A stretch of 63,221 bases of DNA, counting the filler. It is 5 parts of 5 records of this genome, joined end to end, with 100 filler letters (N's around TTAATTAATTAA, not from the genome) between each part and the next. Parts side by side here need not be neighbours in the genome. Positions count along the whole stretch, not along the records: positions 35,789 to 50,666 come from DRR723986_7961; 4 more parts are not named here. The stretch is one strand, 5' to 3'. The position numbers and the translations under genes were made by a program. Position 1 is the first letter of the stretch. Every line of letters starts with the position of its first letter. The notes beneath the pieces were generated by a model. That model was not told the origin of the DNA, searched no databases, and worked only from the letters and a program-made list of their open reading frames with translations. Shown here piece after piece: positions 38,887-49,168 of this stretch.

Positions 38887-41616
38887 ATGGGTTCGCAAAC
38901 GCTTAGACTACGACAACACTCCACACTCCGAACGTTGCCCAGTCTAACGATCCTGACTGTATTAGCTGCCAGCCAAATTGCGCTGCCACTTGCTAAGGCT
39001 CAGGAAGATGGCGCGCCGCCACCACTTTTGAAGGGGGGCATCGTCCATCAACTACGCTCTCTATCCGAGGGGGCCAAGAACGCGATCGACTCAGGTTTCT
39101 CTCGCACTCGAACCAGCGAACGCTCTCGAGTTGCACCGCCGCCACGAGTCGGTGGACGATCAGTCCGTGGGTCCGCGTCTGGAAGCAATCAAGGCGTTGA
39201 CCGGATCGCGATGCGTCAGCCTCCAACGCCGCCGGCCAACCCAGCAGAGCGGTCGATCCCGCATCCATCACCGACCCAACAACGACAACTTGCCGAAGTT
39301 CTGCGACCGGAGGACCTGCTTGGTCCCGCTGAGTCCACGAAAACGCCTCGCCGAACTAGCGAACCCAGCCTAAGAACCCGGGCTGCACGTTCTCAGAATC
39401 AAGTGCACGTTGAAAAAGAGATTCCCGAAGAGATCCTTCGGTCGATCCAATCAAGGACCACTACGACTCAAGTCGAGCGAGAAACCGAGGAGTCGTACCA
39501 GCCGCAGAAACCTCGCGTGTCGCGCATTCCTCTTCCAGGTGGAAAACAAGCCGTCCCGAGCGAAAGCGTTGCATCGCAGCGTGGCAGCACGAAAGCCACG
39601 CAGACGACCAAAGTAACAACGGTACAACGAGGCAGTAGCACCTCCCAAGCGGACGTCCCCAAGGTAGCTCGACGTAGCCCACCAAGCTTGCCGCCTAGCC
39701 TGCCGCCAGCCGCGCCCGGAAACGGAAGTGCGATTTCTCTCGATTCATCGACTGGCGTCGCCACACCGAACTTAAACGCTTCGACTGAATTGCCGGCCAT
39801 CCCTTCTTTGGAAGGCCCGAATCCACTGACAGATAGCGCTGCATTGCCCGCTGCCCCTCCCGCACCAGAACAGGTAGCTACGTCAACACAATCGACAACT
39901 GCGACAATTCAAACCGAAAGCAACTCGACGGAGCTACAGTCGCTACCCGTCAACGTGCCGGTCGAAACTCCGTCGCAACAGACCGCTCAACTCCCAAAGC
40001 TCCCGCCAGCGACTCTTCCGCCTGCAGGCCCAACGCCAAAGGCGACGGTTCCGCCAGCCGCTACAACTCAACTTCCAGCGATGCCAAACCAAGCGTCGGA
40101 AAGTGCAGTCGCGAAACTACCACCGGCACAGCCCAAACAGAGCGTTGCACCCCAGCAGAAGGCTGACGCGAATGCACTGCGGCACTCCGGCGGTTCATCC
40201 AATACGCGGATGTCCATGGTCACGCCCAAAATCCACGTCGTCCTGGACGGTCCCGCTGACATCCCTGTTGGTCGCGCGGCAGAGTATCGGATCATTGTCA
40301 GCAATGAAGACACCATTCAGCTTCAAGGGCTGCTGCTTCAGATGGACATTCCAGCAGGAGTCATCGTTAAACCCGCCAAGCCAACTCAGGGCATGGTCGA
40401 CTTGGACAAGGGCGAAGATGGCTCGACAATGATTTCCTGGACATTTGACAGACTACCAGGAAAGAAACAGGCCGTTGCACCGATTCTATTGACCGCTGCA
40501 GCTCCGAAAAATTTCCCTGTAGCAATGGAATGGACGCTCCTTCCTTTGGCCGAACTAGCGCACATCAATGTCAAGGCAGCTCGCCTGGAACTGGCACTGG
40601 AGGGTCCGAGTGAGGTTCAATTCGGCAAAGCAAACACCTATCGCCTCCACGTTCGCAACCCAGGCAACGCTCCAGCTCGCAACGTCGAAGTTGCTTTGAC
40701 GGCCGAGCAGTATGGATCGAGCGCTTCCACCATTGGCGACATCGCCGCCGGTGGAGAGGAAACGATTGATGTTGAGCTGACGTTCAACCAACGCGGCTCG
40801 ATCGAGATCGCCGCGGCGGCACAGGCTGGTTCAAACCTGCAAGCGGACTCGAAAATCTCAGTTGTTGTGCGTAAGGCTGAACTGGCCGCGTCGCTTGCCA
40901 GCCCTCAGCTTGTTTACCACGGCACGCCAGCTCCGGTTCAATTAACCGTGAGGAACACTGGTGACGCCACGGCCGAGAACGTACTCACCGCTGTGCGGTT
41001 ACCGTCAGGTGCCAAGCCGGTTAGCTTGCCACCATCGGCGCGTTTCGAGAACGGCGAAATCCGCTGCAACGTAGGCAACATCGCTGCCGGCGATTCCAGT
41101 GATCTTGCCTTCACGGTTCAATTTCAAAATCAAGGCAACAACGAGCTAACACTCGTCTGCTCCGACGCGGCGGACAACAAAGTGACCGGGCGTTCCGTCA
41201 CTCGCGTGGAGGCAATTGCGGATCTCGTCCTACTGGTAAGTGATCCGGTTGCTCCTGCACCAGTTGGAGCCGAGGTTGCTTATGAGTTGAAGCTGACCAA
41301 TCGCGGTTCCAAGGCAGCGAGAAACGTCCGCGTTGTTGCACAGTTCTCCGATGGCATCGAGCCACTTCGCGGTGAAGGGCCGGCGTTCAAGATTGTCCCC
41401 GGTCAACTATTCTTTGAGCCTATCCCAAGCGTGGCGGCCGGTGAAACCGTCGTGCTGCGAGTTCTCGCCAACGCGAGCGAGGGCGGCATGCACCGATTCC
41501 GCGCCGAGGTGAAGACCGACGAAGAGCAAATGCGACTCGTTCAAGAAGAGGCGACACAGTATCTGGAACAAGTGTCCCGGACTGCCAACCTCCCCTCCGC
41601 AGGTACGATTCGCTAG
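38887..41616 (+). CDS. Secreted Pro-rich protein with repeated DUF11/CARDB-like Ig domains
   Basis: Signal peptide, ~400-aa Pro/Ser/Thr-rich region, and four repeats of the Y.(I/L).V.N.G..A.NV type. Confidence 0.7.
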   Translation: MGSQTLRLRQHSTLRTLPSLTILTVLAASQIALPLAKAQEDGAPPPLLKGGIVHQLRSLSEGAKNAIDSGFSRTRTSERSRVAPPPRVGGRSVRGSASGSNQGVDRIAMRQPPTPPANPAERSIPHPSPTQQRQLAEVLRPEDLLGPAESTKTPRRTSEPSLRTRAARSQNQVHVEKEIPEEILRSIQSRTTTTQVERETEESYQPQKPRVSRIPLPGGKQAVPSESVASQRGSTKATQTTKVTTVQRGSSTSQADVPKVARRSPPSLPPSLPPAAPGNGSAISLDSSTGVATPNLNASTELPAIPSLEGPNPLTDSAALPAAPPAPEQVATSTQSTTATIQTESNSTELQSLPVNVPVETPSQQTAQLPKLPPATLPPAGPTPKATVPPAATTQLPAMPNQASESAVAKLPPAQPKQSVAPQQKADANALRHSGGSSNTRMSMVTPKIHVVLDGPADIPVGRAAEYRIIVSNEDTIQLQGLLLQMDIPAGVIVKPAKPTQGMVDLDKGEDGSTMISWTFDRLPGKKQAVAPILLTAAAPKNFPVAMEWTLLPLAELAHINVKAARLELALEGPSEVQFGKANTYRLHVRNPGNAPARNVEVALTAEQYGSSASTIGDIAAGGEETIDVELTFNQRGSIEIAAAAQAGSNLQADSKISVVVRKAELAASLASPQLVYHGTPAPVQLTVRNTGDATAENVLTAVRLPSGAKPVSLPPSARFENGEIRCNVGNIAAGDSSDLAFTVQFQNQGNNELTLVCSDAADNKVTGRSVTRVEAIADLVLLVSDPVAPAPVGAEVAYELKLTNRGSKAARNVRVVAQFSDGIEPLRGEGPAFKIVPGQLFFEPIPSVAAGETVVLRVLANASEGGMHRFRAEVKTDEEQMRLVQEEATQYLEQVSRTANLPSAGTIR

Positions 41617-41639
41617 TAGGTGGCGTGAAAATTCTCTAG

Positions 41640-41668
41640 CCCGCAGCCGTCATGAAACCGCTGCGGGC
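41640..41668 (+). terminator. Hairpin downstream of DUF11 gene
   Basis: GCCCGCAGC-N11-GCTGCGGGC-type stem without a clear U-tail. Coordinates are approximate. Confidence 0.35.
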
Positions 41669-41943
41669 GGTAGGCCTCCTCAGATTTACCGAATGGTGCT
41701 AAGCGAGCGCCGCGACCGTGATTTTGATCGTGCAGGCAGCTCTGCACACGTATCGGCACGGAATTCTACCGCCACTGATCGGCATATCGCGGGGTTACCA
41801 GTCCCGTCGCGGGCGAGTATCTTGCACTTCTCCTGATCAGGCCCGTACCGAACTTGGTGGGCCTCACGCATTGGACATCGCGCGGCACCGGTCGCGCATT
41901 CATTGAATGCGTACGAAAAACTCAACGCACGAAGGCAGGCACA

Positions 41944-42261
41944 GTGAACGAGCGACGCGCCAAGATTGAGGCTATGTTGCAGGATGAACCCAACGATGAA
42001 TTCCTGCGATACTCTCTCGCACTCGAAATGAACAAAGATGGCGAGCTGGCCCCTGCACTGGAAAATCTAGATGGATTGTGCAACCAGGATAAGCCCTACG
42101 TACCCGCATTCTTCCGTGCCGGACAAATCCTCGCTGATGAAGAGCGAGTAAGCGAGGCGCGCGAGTACTTGCGTCGGGGAATCGAGACCGCGCGGGAGCA
42201 GGGTGACATGCACGCGGCGGCTGAGATGAGCGAACTGCTTGCAGATCTGGGAACAGAGTAA
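41944..42261 (+). CDS. Small TPR protein
   Basis: RRAKIEAMLQDEPNDEFLRYSLALE...YVPAFFRAGQIL...HAAAEM. GTG start at 41944. Confidence 0.75.
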   Translation: MNERRAKIEAMLQDEPNDEFLRYSLALEMNKDGELAPALENLDGLCNQDKPYVPAFFRAGQILADEERVSEAREYLRRGIETAREQGDMHAAAEMSELLADLGTE

Positions 42262-42325
42262 GTCGCACTGCGTCTGCTAAGCTATACTCACTCCTTCATA
42301 AGTCTCCCCGCCGGATTGCATCCCG

Positions 42326-45300
42326 ATGGACGCAGAACAGATTCGAATCCAGAGCGATCTACGCGGCCTACTGTCGGGTGACGTCCACTGCGATGCACTC
42401 CATTGTCAGATGTACGCCAGCGATGCGAGCATCTATGAAATCCAACCTCTCGGCGTAGCCCGACCGCGTTCCGCAAAAGACATTTCGGAGCTTCTGGCGT
42501 ATTGCCGCGAACACTCCATCAGTATTTTCCCTCGAGGTGGTGGTAGCGGGCTTGCGGGACAGTCATTGGGACGAGGGATCGTTGTTGACCTTTCTCGTTA
42601 CATGCGTCGAATCGACAAACCGGTCGACGGTCTGGTCCGTGTGCAAAGCGGCGTCGTTCAGGCAGATCTAAACCGAGCCATCGGACAGAACGATTACCTT
42701 TTCGGACCAGACCCTGCAACACGAAGTGTTTCGTCGATCGGCAGCATGCTTTCCGTCGATGCGGCTGGCAGTCACTTTCCACGGTACGGTTCGTCTGGGG
42801 ACTGCGTCGAATCGGTGGAACTGGTTTTGGCGAGCGGACAAATCGTTGAACTTGCAAGGCATGATTGGACGCGAGACGATGCCGCTCGATCCAGCGTCGG
42901 TTTGCTTGCCCAGCAGGTCGGCTTGCTCCTTCAGCAACGCTCGGACCTTTTACTGCGTCCACCGTGGCAACAGGTTGCTCGCGGTTGTGGCTACCGATTT
43001 GAAAAGGTGCTCGACGGTGAGATTGTCGACCTTGCAAGATTAGTGTGCGGATCTGAAGGCACTCTTGGCATCATCACCGCTGCAACCCTTCGCGTTGAGC
43101 CGATTCCGGCCGTGCGCGGGCTCTTGTTAGTTTTCTTTAGCCGCCTGGATGCAGCGGCGAAGGCGGCAGTCGACCTTCAAGAGATGGACGACATTGCCGC
43201 CTGCGATCTGATGGACCGCCGCTTGCTGGAGATCGCACGCGAGACCGAGGACGTCTACGAATCGATCATTCCACGCGGCGCTGAAGCCATGCTGCTGGTA
43301 GAGATCCAGGGGGAAGACATCGAATCAACTCGGCGGCGACTGAACAAAACGCTCTACCGGATTGAGGAACGCTCTGGTTCCGTCGTGTCGTACCGATTAA
43401 CCACTGACAATGTCCAACGCAATTTGCTTTGGCGTCTTGCCCGTCGGTTTATCCCGCGACTCTATCGCCTAAAGGGGAACCAACGCCCGCTTCCGTTCGT
43501 CGAGGACATTTCGGTACCGCCAGAGAAGCTTCCCGAGTTTCTGCGGGTGGTTCAGGACTTATTAAAGCAGCACCGCGTCACGGCAACGCTATTCGCCCAC
43601 GCACTGCATGGACAGATCGACGTTCGACCGTTTTTTGATCTCGCGAGCCCCAAAGACCAAGTCCGCTTGGCGCAGTTGGGTGAAGACATTTACGCAAAAG
43701 TGATCGAATTTGGAGGATGCGTTTCGGGCGAGCAAGCGTTCGGCTTAAGTAGAGCAGCCTGGGCGGAGAGACAACTGGGCCAGCGGCTAGAGCTTTCGCG
43801 AAAGATCAAAAGGCTCTTCGACCCGACTGGCATCATGAACCCAGGAAAGTTCCTCAGTCCTTCGCCACCACGCCCGAACGAGAACCTAAGACCGGTCCCC
43901 TTTTTCCAACAGCACACTCCGTCCGCAACGACCGGCTATCGCATTGATGACTCTCCGCCTCGCCAGGTACCGTCAAGCCACCTGGCGCAATCTATTGATC
44001 GAGGCACTTCTGCAACTAGCGGCCTGCCCGGCGAATCGACCGAGCGGGATAACTCTGAAAGTGTCACCACAGACGGATCGCCTCAAACCGAACTGCCAGT
44101 TCTCCTGGACTGGAACGAAGACGCTCTCGGCTTTACAGCCAGGTCTTGCAATGGATGCGGCCGCTGCAGAACAAGCGCTTCTGCCGAAAGAATGTGTCCC
44201 GTCTTCCGGGTTCACAAGGGCGAAGAGAGTTCGCCCAGAGCAAAAGCAAACTTGCTGCGTGGTGTCCTGACCGGGTCGCTGGACGCGACCGAAGCCGAAA
44301 GCCGCGAACTCAAAGAAATTAGCGACCTGTGCTTCAATTGCCACCAATGCCGGATCGACTGCCCGGCCTCGGTCGACATCCCGAAACTCGTGCTAGAATC
44401 GAAAGGACAACACGTTGCAGCGCACGGGCTACCACTGAAAACGCGACTACTGAACCGGCTGGACTTGCTTGCCAACTGGGGCAGTCGCTTCCCACGTTTT
44501 TCAAACTGGGCCATCGCGAGCCCCACGATGCGCTGGTGCTTGGAGAAGGCGTTCGGCATCGCCGCTGGGCGGAAACTACCACGAGTCGCCCGCTTCAGCT
44601 TTCTTTGGTGGGCAGGCCGGAACAAGCTCACTTCACGGCCAAAGTCGATCAGCACAAAATCAGATGAATCAAGTGCGGGCGAACTCAACAGCGGTGCCTC
44701 AGGCCCGCCGAAGGTCTGCTACTTCGTTGATCAATATGTCAATTTACATAACCCGATGCTAGGCCGAGCCGTAGTGCACGTTCTGAAGCACCAGGGAATC
44801 GAAGTGTTTGTTCCTCCCAACCAAACACCATCTTGGATGGCGATGATTGCGGCCGGTGACATCGCTCGGGCACGGAAGCGAATCCAGACCAACGTGAAGA
44901 TCTTGGCTGATGCCGTCCGGCAAGGGTACACTATCGTCACCAGCGAACCTTCGGCAGCCCTATGCCTAACTAGGGAATATCCGGCCCTGATGGACAACGA
45001 CGACACCCGGCTGATCGCTGAGAACACCGTCGAGGTCAATAGTTTCCTGTGGGATCTTCACACGAAACGAGAATTGAAGAAAGATTTCTCTCCGGTTCAA
45101 TTCTCTGTCGTTTACCACCAACCCTGTCATGCACGGGCCTTGGATAGTCGCAACCCGGCGCTGCAGCTCCTGAAGCTCATCCCGGGGCTGGAAATCGATA
45201 CAGCCAGCAATGGTTGCAGCGGCATGGCGGGCACTTTCGGGCTTGAGAGGAAAAATTTTATCACGAGTGTCCGGATCGGAATCAAACTCATCAATAAAAT

Positions 45301-45478
45301 GAAGTACACGCGCAGCACGATGGGCAGTACAGAATGCACTGCCTGCAAGCTGCAGATGGAGCAGGGGACGACGAAAGCCACCATCCACCCAGTCGCAATC
45401 ATGGCATACGCTTACGGCAACATGCCTCAGATTGAGAAGTGGTTTCATCGAGAGTCGGCGGACTACATTGCCAGCTAG
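42326..45478 (+). CDS. FAD-linked oxidase fused to 4Fe-4S/CCG domains (GlcD+GlcF/YdiJ-like)
   Basis: Motifs RGGGSGLAGQ, GSEGTLG, FDPTGIMNPGK, CNGCGRC, CFNCHQCRIDCP and YHQPCH. Confidence 0.9.
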   Translation: MDAEQIRIQSDLRGLLSGDVHCDALHCQMYASDASIYEIQPLGVARPRSAKDISELLAYCREHSISIFPRGGGSGLAGQSLGRGIVVDLSRYMRRIDKPVDGLVRVQSGVVQADLNRAIGQNDYLFGPDPATRSVSSIGSMLSVDAAGSHFPRYGSSGDCVESVELVLASGQIVELARHDWTRDDAARSSVGLLAQQVGLLLQQRSDLLLRPPWQQVARGCGYRFEKVLDGEIVDLARLVCGSEGTLGIITAATLRVEPIPAVRGLLLVFFSRLDAAAKAAVDLQEMDDIAACDLMDRRLLEIARETEDVYESIIPRGAEAMLLVEIQGEDIESTRRRLNKTLYRIEERSGSVVSYRLTTDNVQRNLLWRLARRFIPRLYRLKGNQRPLPFVEDISVPPEKLPEFLRVVQDLLKQHRVTATLFAHALHGQIDVRPFFDLASPKDQVRLAQLGEDIYAKVIEFGGCVSGEQAFGLSRAAWAERQLGQRLELSRKIKRLFDPTGIMNPGKFLSPSPPRPNENLRPVPFFQQHTPSATTGYRIDDSPPRQVPSSHLAQSIDRGTSATSGLPGESTERDNSESVTTDGSPQTELPVLLDWNEDALGFTARSCNGCGRCRTSASAERMCPVFRVHKGEESSPRAKANLLRGVLTGSLDATEAESRELKEISDLCFNCHQCRIDCPASVDIPKLVLESKGQHVAAHGLPLKTRLLNRLDLLANWGSRFPRFSNWAIASPTMRWCLEKAFGIAAGRKLPRVARFSFLWWAGRNKLTSRPKSISTKSDESSAGELNSGASGPPKVCYFVDQYVNLHNPMLGRAVVHVLKHQGIEVFVPPNQTPSWMAMIAAGDIARARKRIQTNVKILADAVRQGYTIVTSEPSAALCLTREYPALMDNDDTRLIAENTVEVNSFLWDLHTKRELKKDFSPVQFSVVYHQPCHARALDSRNPALQLLKLIPGLEIDTASNGCSGMAGTFGLERKNFITSVRIGIKLINKMKYTRSTMGSTECTACKLQMEQGTTKATIHPVAIMAYAYGNMPQIEKWFHRESADYIAS

Positions 45479-45510
45479 ATTCAAGATTGATGCCTGCGCA
45501 GGAGAATGAT

Positions 45511-45780
45511 GTGTCGAACACGCCTATTGAGATACGAGTACAATTGTTTGCCGGTGCCGCTGAGGCGGTCGGTGAGCGGCAGGCAATTGTCCAGGTCGAC
45601 TCGAAGACGCAAAATGTCCTGGTTGCGCAATTGCGAACTGCCCTTGTTGAGCAATTCCCGGCACTAGCGGCACTTTCTAGTCGCAGCCGATTCGCATTGG
45701 GGAAACAGTTCGCCAATGAAGACGACACGGTGACTGCCAGCGATGAAGTGGTCCTCATTCCGCCCGTTAGCGGCGGTTGA
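45511..45780 (+). CDS. moaD: Molybdopterin synthase sulfur carrier subunit
   Basis: Motif VQLFA and C-terminal IPPVSGG. GTG 45511 with AGGAG SD (ATG 45490 is an alternative). Confidence 0.9.
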   Translation: MSNTPIEIRVQLFAGAAEAVGERQAIVQVDSKTQNVLVAQLRTALVEQFPALAALSSRSRFALGKQFANEDDTVTASDEVVLIPPVSGG

Positions 45781-45810
45781 ACATTCGCCGAATGCGAGCC
45801 GCCTCGTACG

Positions 45811-46464
45811 ATGACAACTGAATTCCAGCCGAATTTATCGAAGTCCAACCAAATGATTCAACTGGTTAACTGCCCAATCGACACATCCGCCGTGCTTGAG
45901 AGTGTGGTCGACGAGAAATGCGGTGCCGAAGTCTTGTTTACCGGAACAACGCGGCGCTGGACGAAGTCCAGGGATGAAAACGGCGAGGAGCGGGAACTCG
46001 AAACCTCGCACTTGATCTACGAAGCCTACGAAGAAATGGCCATCACGGAGCTTGAAAAACTTGCCGAAACCGCCCGCCAACGATGGCCTGTTCAGCGTGT
46101 CGCAATAGTCCACCGCCTTGGCAAAGTGCTCCCGCGTGAAGCAAGCGTGGCTGTCGCCGTCAGTTGCCCGCACCGTAGCGAAGCATTCGAAGCCGGAAAG
46201 TGGTTGATCGACACCATCAAACACGACGTGCCGATTTGGAAACAAGAACACTACGTTCAGTCCGGGCCTGAATGGATTCACCCGACTTCGGGCAGTTGCC
46301 GATGCGATCACACATCCGCCGATCCGGCCCAATTCGAAACGGCTGCGCGCGGTCCTCTACCGAACCAATCTGCCCTTAATAGTACCGCTCCGGTTCAAAC
46401 GGCTGACAGCGCAGAAACCGGTCGCGAGCCTGCTACCGCAGATCGAAGCCGTGAATCGCTATGA
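45811..46464 (+). CDS. moaE: Molybdopterin synthase catalytic subunit with C-terminal extension
   Basis: Motifs YEAYEEMA, HRLG, HRSEAF and KHDVPIWKQE. Confidence 0.92.
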   Translation: MTTEFQPNLSKSNQMIQLVNCPIDTSAVLESVVDEKCGAEVLFTGTTRRWTKSRDENGEERELETSHLIYEAYEEMAITELEKLAETARQRWPVQRVAIVHRLGKVLPREASVAVAVSCPHRSEAFEAGKWLIDTIKHDVPIWKQEHYVQSGPEWIHPTSGSCRCDHTSADPAQFETAARGPLPNQSALNSTAPVQTADSAETGREPATADRSRESL

Positions 46465-47570
46465 GCACATGTGACAACAAGAGTCGTCCGCCGACAGAAG
46501 CTTCTAGCAATCTCTGCGCGGCATCGTCAAACTCAAGCGTGCCCCACAAGACAGCGCCTGATTTAGAATCGGACGTACCGCCGCTGGTCGACAAATTCGG
46601 TCGCAAACATCAGAGCCTACGAGTCAGTGTTACCGATGTTTGCAACATTCGCTGCCTGTATTGCATGCCTAGCGAGAACGTCCGCTTCTTGCCAAAAGAA
46701 CGATTGCTTACGTTTGAGCAGATCGCGACTTTCTTCCAAGCAGCTTCACAGGTTGGAATACGGAAAATCCGAATCACCGGTGGCGAACCCCTTGTCCGAT
46801 CGAATCTCGACGAGTTGATTTCGCGGCTCGCGAAGATTGACGGCATCGACGACATTGCATTGACGACCAACGGCATGTTGCTGGCTAACCAAGTGAGTGC
46901 CCTTGCCGATGCTGGACTAAAGCGAATCAACGTCAGCCTGGACACTCTCCGTGAAGAGACCTTCCATAGACTCTCGCGCCGCGAGGGTATTGATCAGGTC
47001 ATCGCGGGAATCGATGCTGCGGTCGCCGACCCACGTGTATCCGTCAAACTGAACGCTCTGGTCATACGCGATGTAAACGCCGACGACATCCTGCCTCTGG
47101 TTCAGTTTGCTGTTGAACGCGAGATTGAGATGCGTTTCATCGAGTTCATGCCCCTCGACGCTGACGGCGCATGGACCAAAGACACGTTGATCACAGGGCA
47201 ACAGGTCCGTGACCAGATTATTGCCAAGTTTGGTAGCTTGCAGCCTGTTGAGTCGGTCAACAAATCCCAGCCAGCACGATCTTTTCGTCTCCCTAATGGC
47301 GGGACCGTTGGATTCATTGATTCGGTCAGTAGGCCGTTCTGTTCCGCCTGTGATCGACTTCGTTTGACTGCAGAGGGCAAATTGCAAAATTGTCTTTTTG
47401 GACGAGACGAATGGGATGTTGCGAATTTGCTATCCACCCAGACGCCGCCCAGTCCGCGCGAGCTAATTCAGGTCATGCGGTCCTGCGTTGCTGCTAAACA
47501 TCCCTCACATGGGATATCCAACGATGACTTTGTACCACCTGAGCGGGCCATGTATCAGATTGGTGGGTAA
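46461..47570 (+). CDS. moaA: GTP 3',8-cyclase
   Basis: Motifs LRVSVTDVCNIRCLYCMP, FCSACDRLRLT..CLF and C-terminal MYQIGG. Confidence 0.96.
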   Translation: MSTCDNKSRPPTEASSNLCAASSNSSVPHKTAPDLESDVPPLVDKFGRKHQSLRVSVTDVCNIRCLYCMPSENVRFLPKERLLTFEQIATFFQAASQVGIRKIRITGGEPLVRSNLDELISRLAKIDGIDDIALTTNGMLLANQVSALADAGLKRINVSLDTLREETFHRLSRREGIDQVIAGIDAAVADPRVSVKLNALVIRDVNADDILPLVQFAVEREIEMRFIEFMPLDADGAWTKDTLITGQQVRDQIIAKFGSLQPVESVNKSQPARSFRLPNGGTVGFIDSVSRPFCSACDRLRLTAEGKLQNCLFGRDEWDVANLLSTQTPPSPRELIQVMRSCVAAKHPSHGISNDDFVPPERAMYQIGG

Positions 47571-47735
47571 AACGATTGTCATCCCTGCGGTTTGTGTGGT
47601 CGCCCCAGCATTTCCTTGCTCGAGGCCAGCGGACGTCATTTTGAAAAACCAATCGGACCGACAATGTAGCAGGCTGTACAGACCGATACACCTGACTCCT
47701 CAGAAATCCTGCTCAACAGCCTCTGATTGATCGCG

Positions 47736-48926
47736 ATGGCAAACGAACCGACCAGAATATACTTGGACAACGCAGCCACGAGCTGGCCGAAAATTCCGGC
47801 CGCTGCGATCGCGGCTCACGAATTCACCCTCAACTGCGGTGCTACCACGGGCCGCGGCAGCTACCGCAGTGCTGAAACCGCCGACGCGTGGCTCGTCAGA
47901 GGCCGCAAATCACTCGCTAAGCTGATCGGCGTTGATGACTCACGCGACATTGCCTTCGCGACCAGCGGCACCCATGCGCTGAACGCGGTGCTGCGGGGCC
48001 TTCTTCGCAGCGGGGATTACGTCGCAACCACAACCGCGGAGCACAATAGCGTACTTCGCCCACTGGAAGGCCTTCGCAAAGAGCTGAACTTGACTGTTGA
48101 AACCCTACCAGTCGATGTTCAGGGAAGAAGTTGGCCACCGACCCAAGATCACGCACTTGCGCCCAAACCAACTCCAGACGGCCGAAAGTGGCTTGTCATT
48201 GGGCATAGTAGCAATGTCACCGGCGCAGTGACTGACCTTCACGCGTGGTGCCAGTTTGCCCACGACAATGGGTGGAAGGTCATTTTGGATGCATCGCAAA
48301 CGATTGGTTATATCCCGATCGATCTGGCAACCACTCCAGTTCACGCTCTTGCATCGTCTGGCCACAAGGGTTTGCGTGCGTTGGCGGGGACGGGATTCAT
48401 ATATTGCTGCCGAGAGTTGCAGACCGATTTCGAACCGATCTTGCGAGGCGGAACAGGGCGGAAGAGTGAATCGCTCGCTGGCGGACATGATTGGCCTGAC
48501 GCGATTGAAGCTGGCAACCTAAACTTACCTGGAATTGTTTCCATGGCGATCGCGGCCGAACACACTATTGAGTCGACTGACCAGTGGAAACCGGCGTTCG
48601 GATTGTTACACGAAGCACTTCGTAAAATTGACGGCCTGGAGATGATCGGTGCGGACGCCGAAATGAAGAGGGCGATTGAGCAGAATCAAAGAACGCCCGT
48701 CTTGAGCCTGCGTGCCGAAGGCTGGTCTCCGCACGACTTGGCAACGGTTCTCAACGATCATTTTTCCATCGAATGCCGAGCTGGTTTACACTGTGCTGCA
48801 CTCGTCCACGACGCCATTGGGACTCGCCAGGATTCCGGAACGCTCCGCCTAAGCTCAGGCCACGCAACCACCGCGGAGGAAGTCCAAGCAGTAGCAACCG
48901 CTTTCCGCACCGTGCTTGGCACCTAG
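47736..48926 (+). CDS. Class V PLP enzyme, cysteine desulfurase/selenocysteine lyase-like
   Basis: Motifs YLDNAATSWPK, EHNSVLRP, DASQ, SGHK (PLP lysine) and RAGLHCA (persulfide Cys). Confidence 0.88.
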   Translation: MANEPTRIYLDNAATSWPKIPAAAIAAHEFTLNCGATTGRGSYRSAETADAWLVRGRKSLAKLIGVDDSRDIAFATSGTHALNAVLRGLLRSGDYVATTTAEHNSVLRPLEGLRKELNLTVETLPVDVQGRSWPPTQDHALAPKPTPDGRKWLVIGHSSNVTGAVTDLHAWCQFAHDNGWKVILDASQTIGYIPIDLATTPVHALASSGHKGLRALAGTGFIYCCRELQTDFEPILRGGTGRKSESLAGGHDWPDAIEAGNLNLPGIVSMAIAAEHTIESTDQWKPAFGLLHEALRKIDGLEMIGADAEMKRAIEQNQRTPVLSLRAEGWSPHDLATVLNDHFSIECRAGLHCAALVHDAIGTRQDSGTLRLSSGHATTAEEVQAVATAFRTVLGT

Positions 48927-49168
48927 CCGGACTGTCAGCCGATGGGGCAGTCGGCTAAATGGCCAGCCCAGCAAAGGCGTTGGATTCGCGGCGATAAGCA
49001 GATTGCAGTACACATATTATGGTTGCCTTTTGCTGCTGTACCGCGATGACTACAATGTCGCCACCGCTTTGGCGACCACGTATGCTTACGCCACTCCAGC
49101 GAGGGCTCTGCACGTGATGGCATTAGCGTCACATTTCCGCTTCGATTCTATTAAGCATTCATCTGACA

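Noticed and set aside
41711..41896. 8-bp inverted repeat CGCGACCG/CGGTCGCG bounding an intergenic stretch
   Set aside because: Too short for this GC content, with no second copy or target-site duplication.
45778..45780. TGA after moaD as a selenocysteine codon
   Set aside because: MoaD must end in a free Gly-Gly, so this is the true stop. No in-frame continuation with homology is evident.
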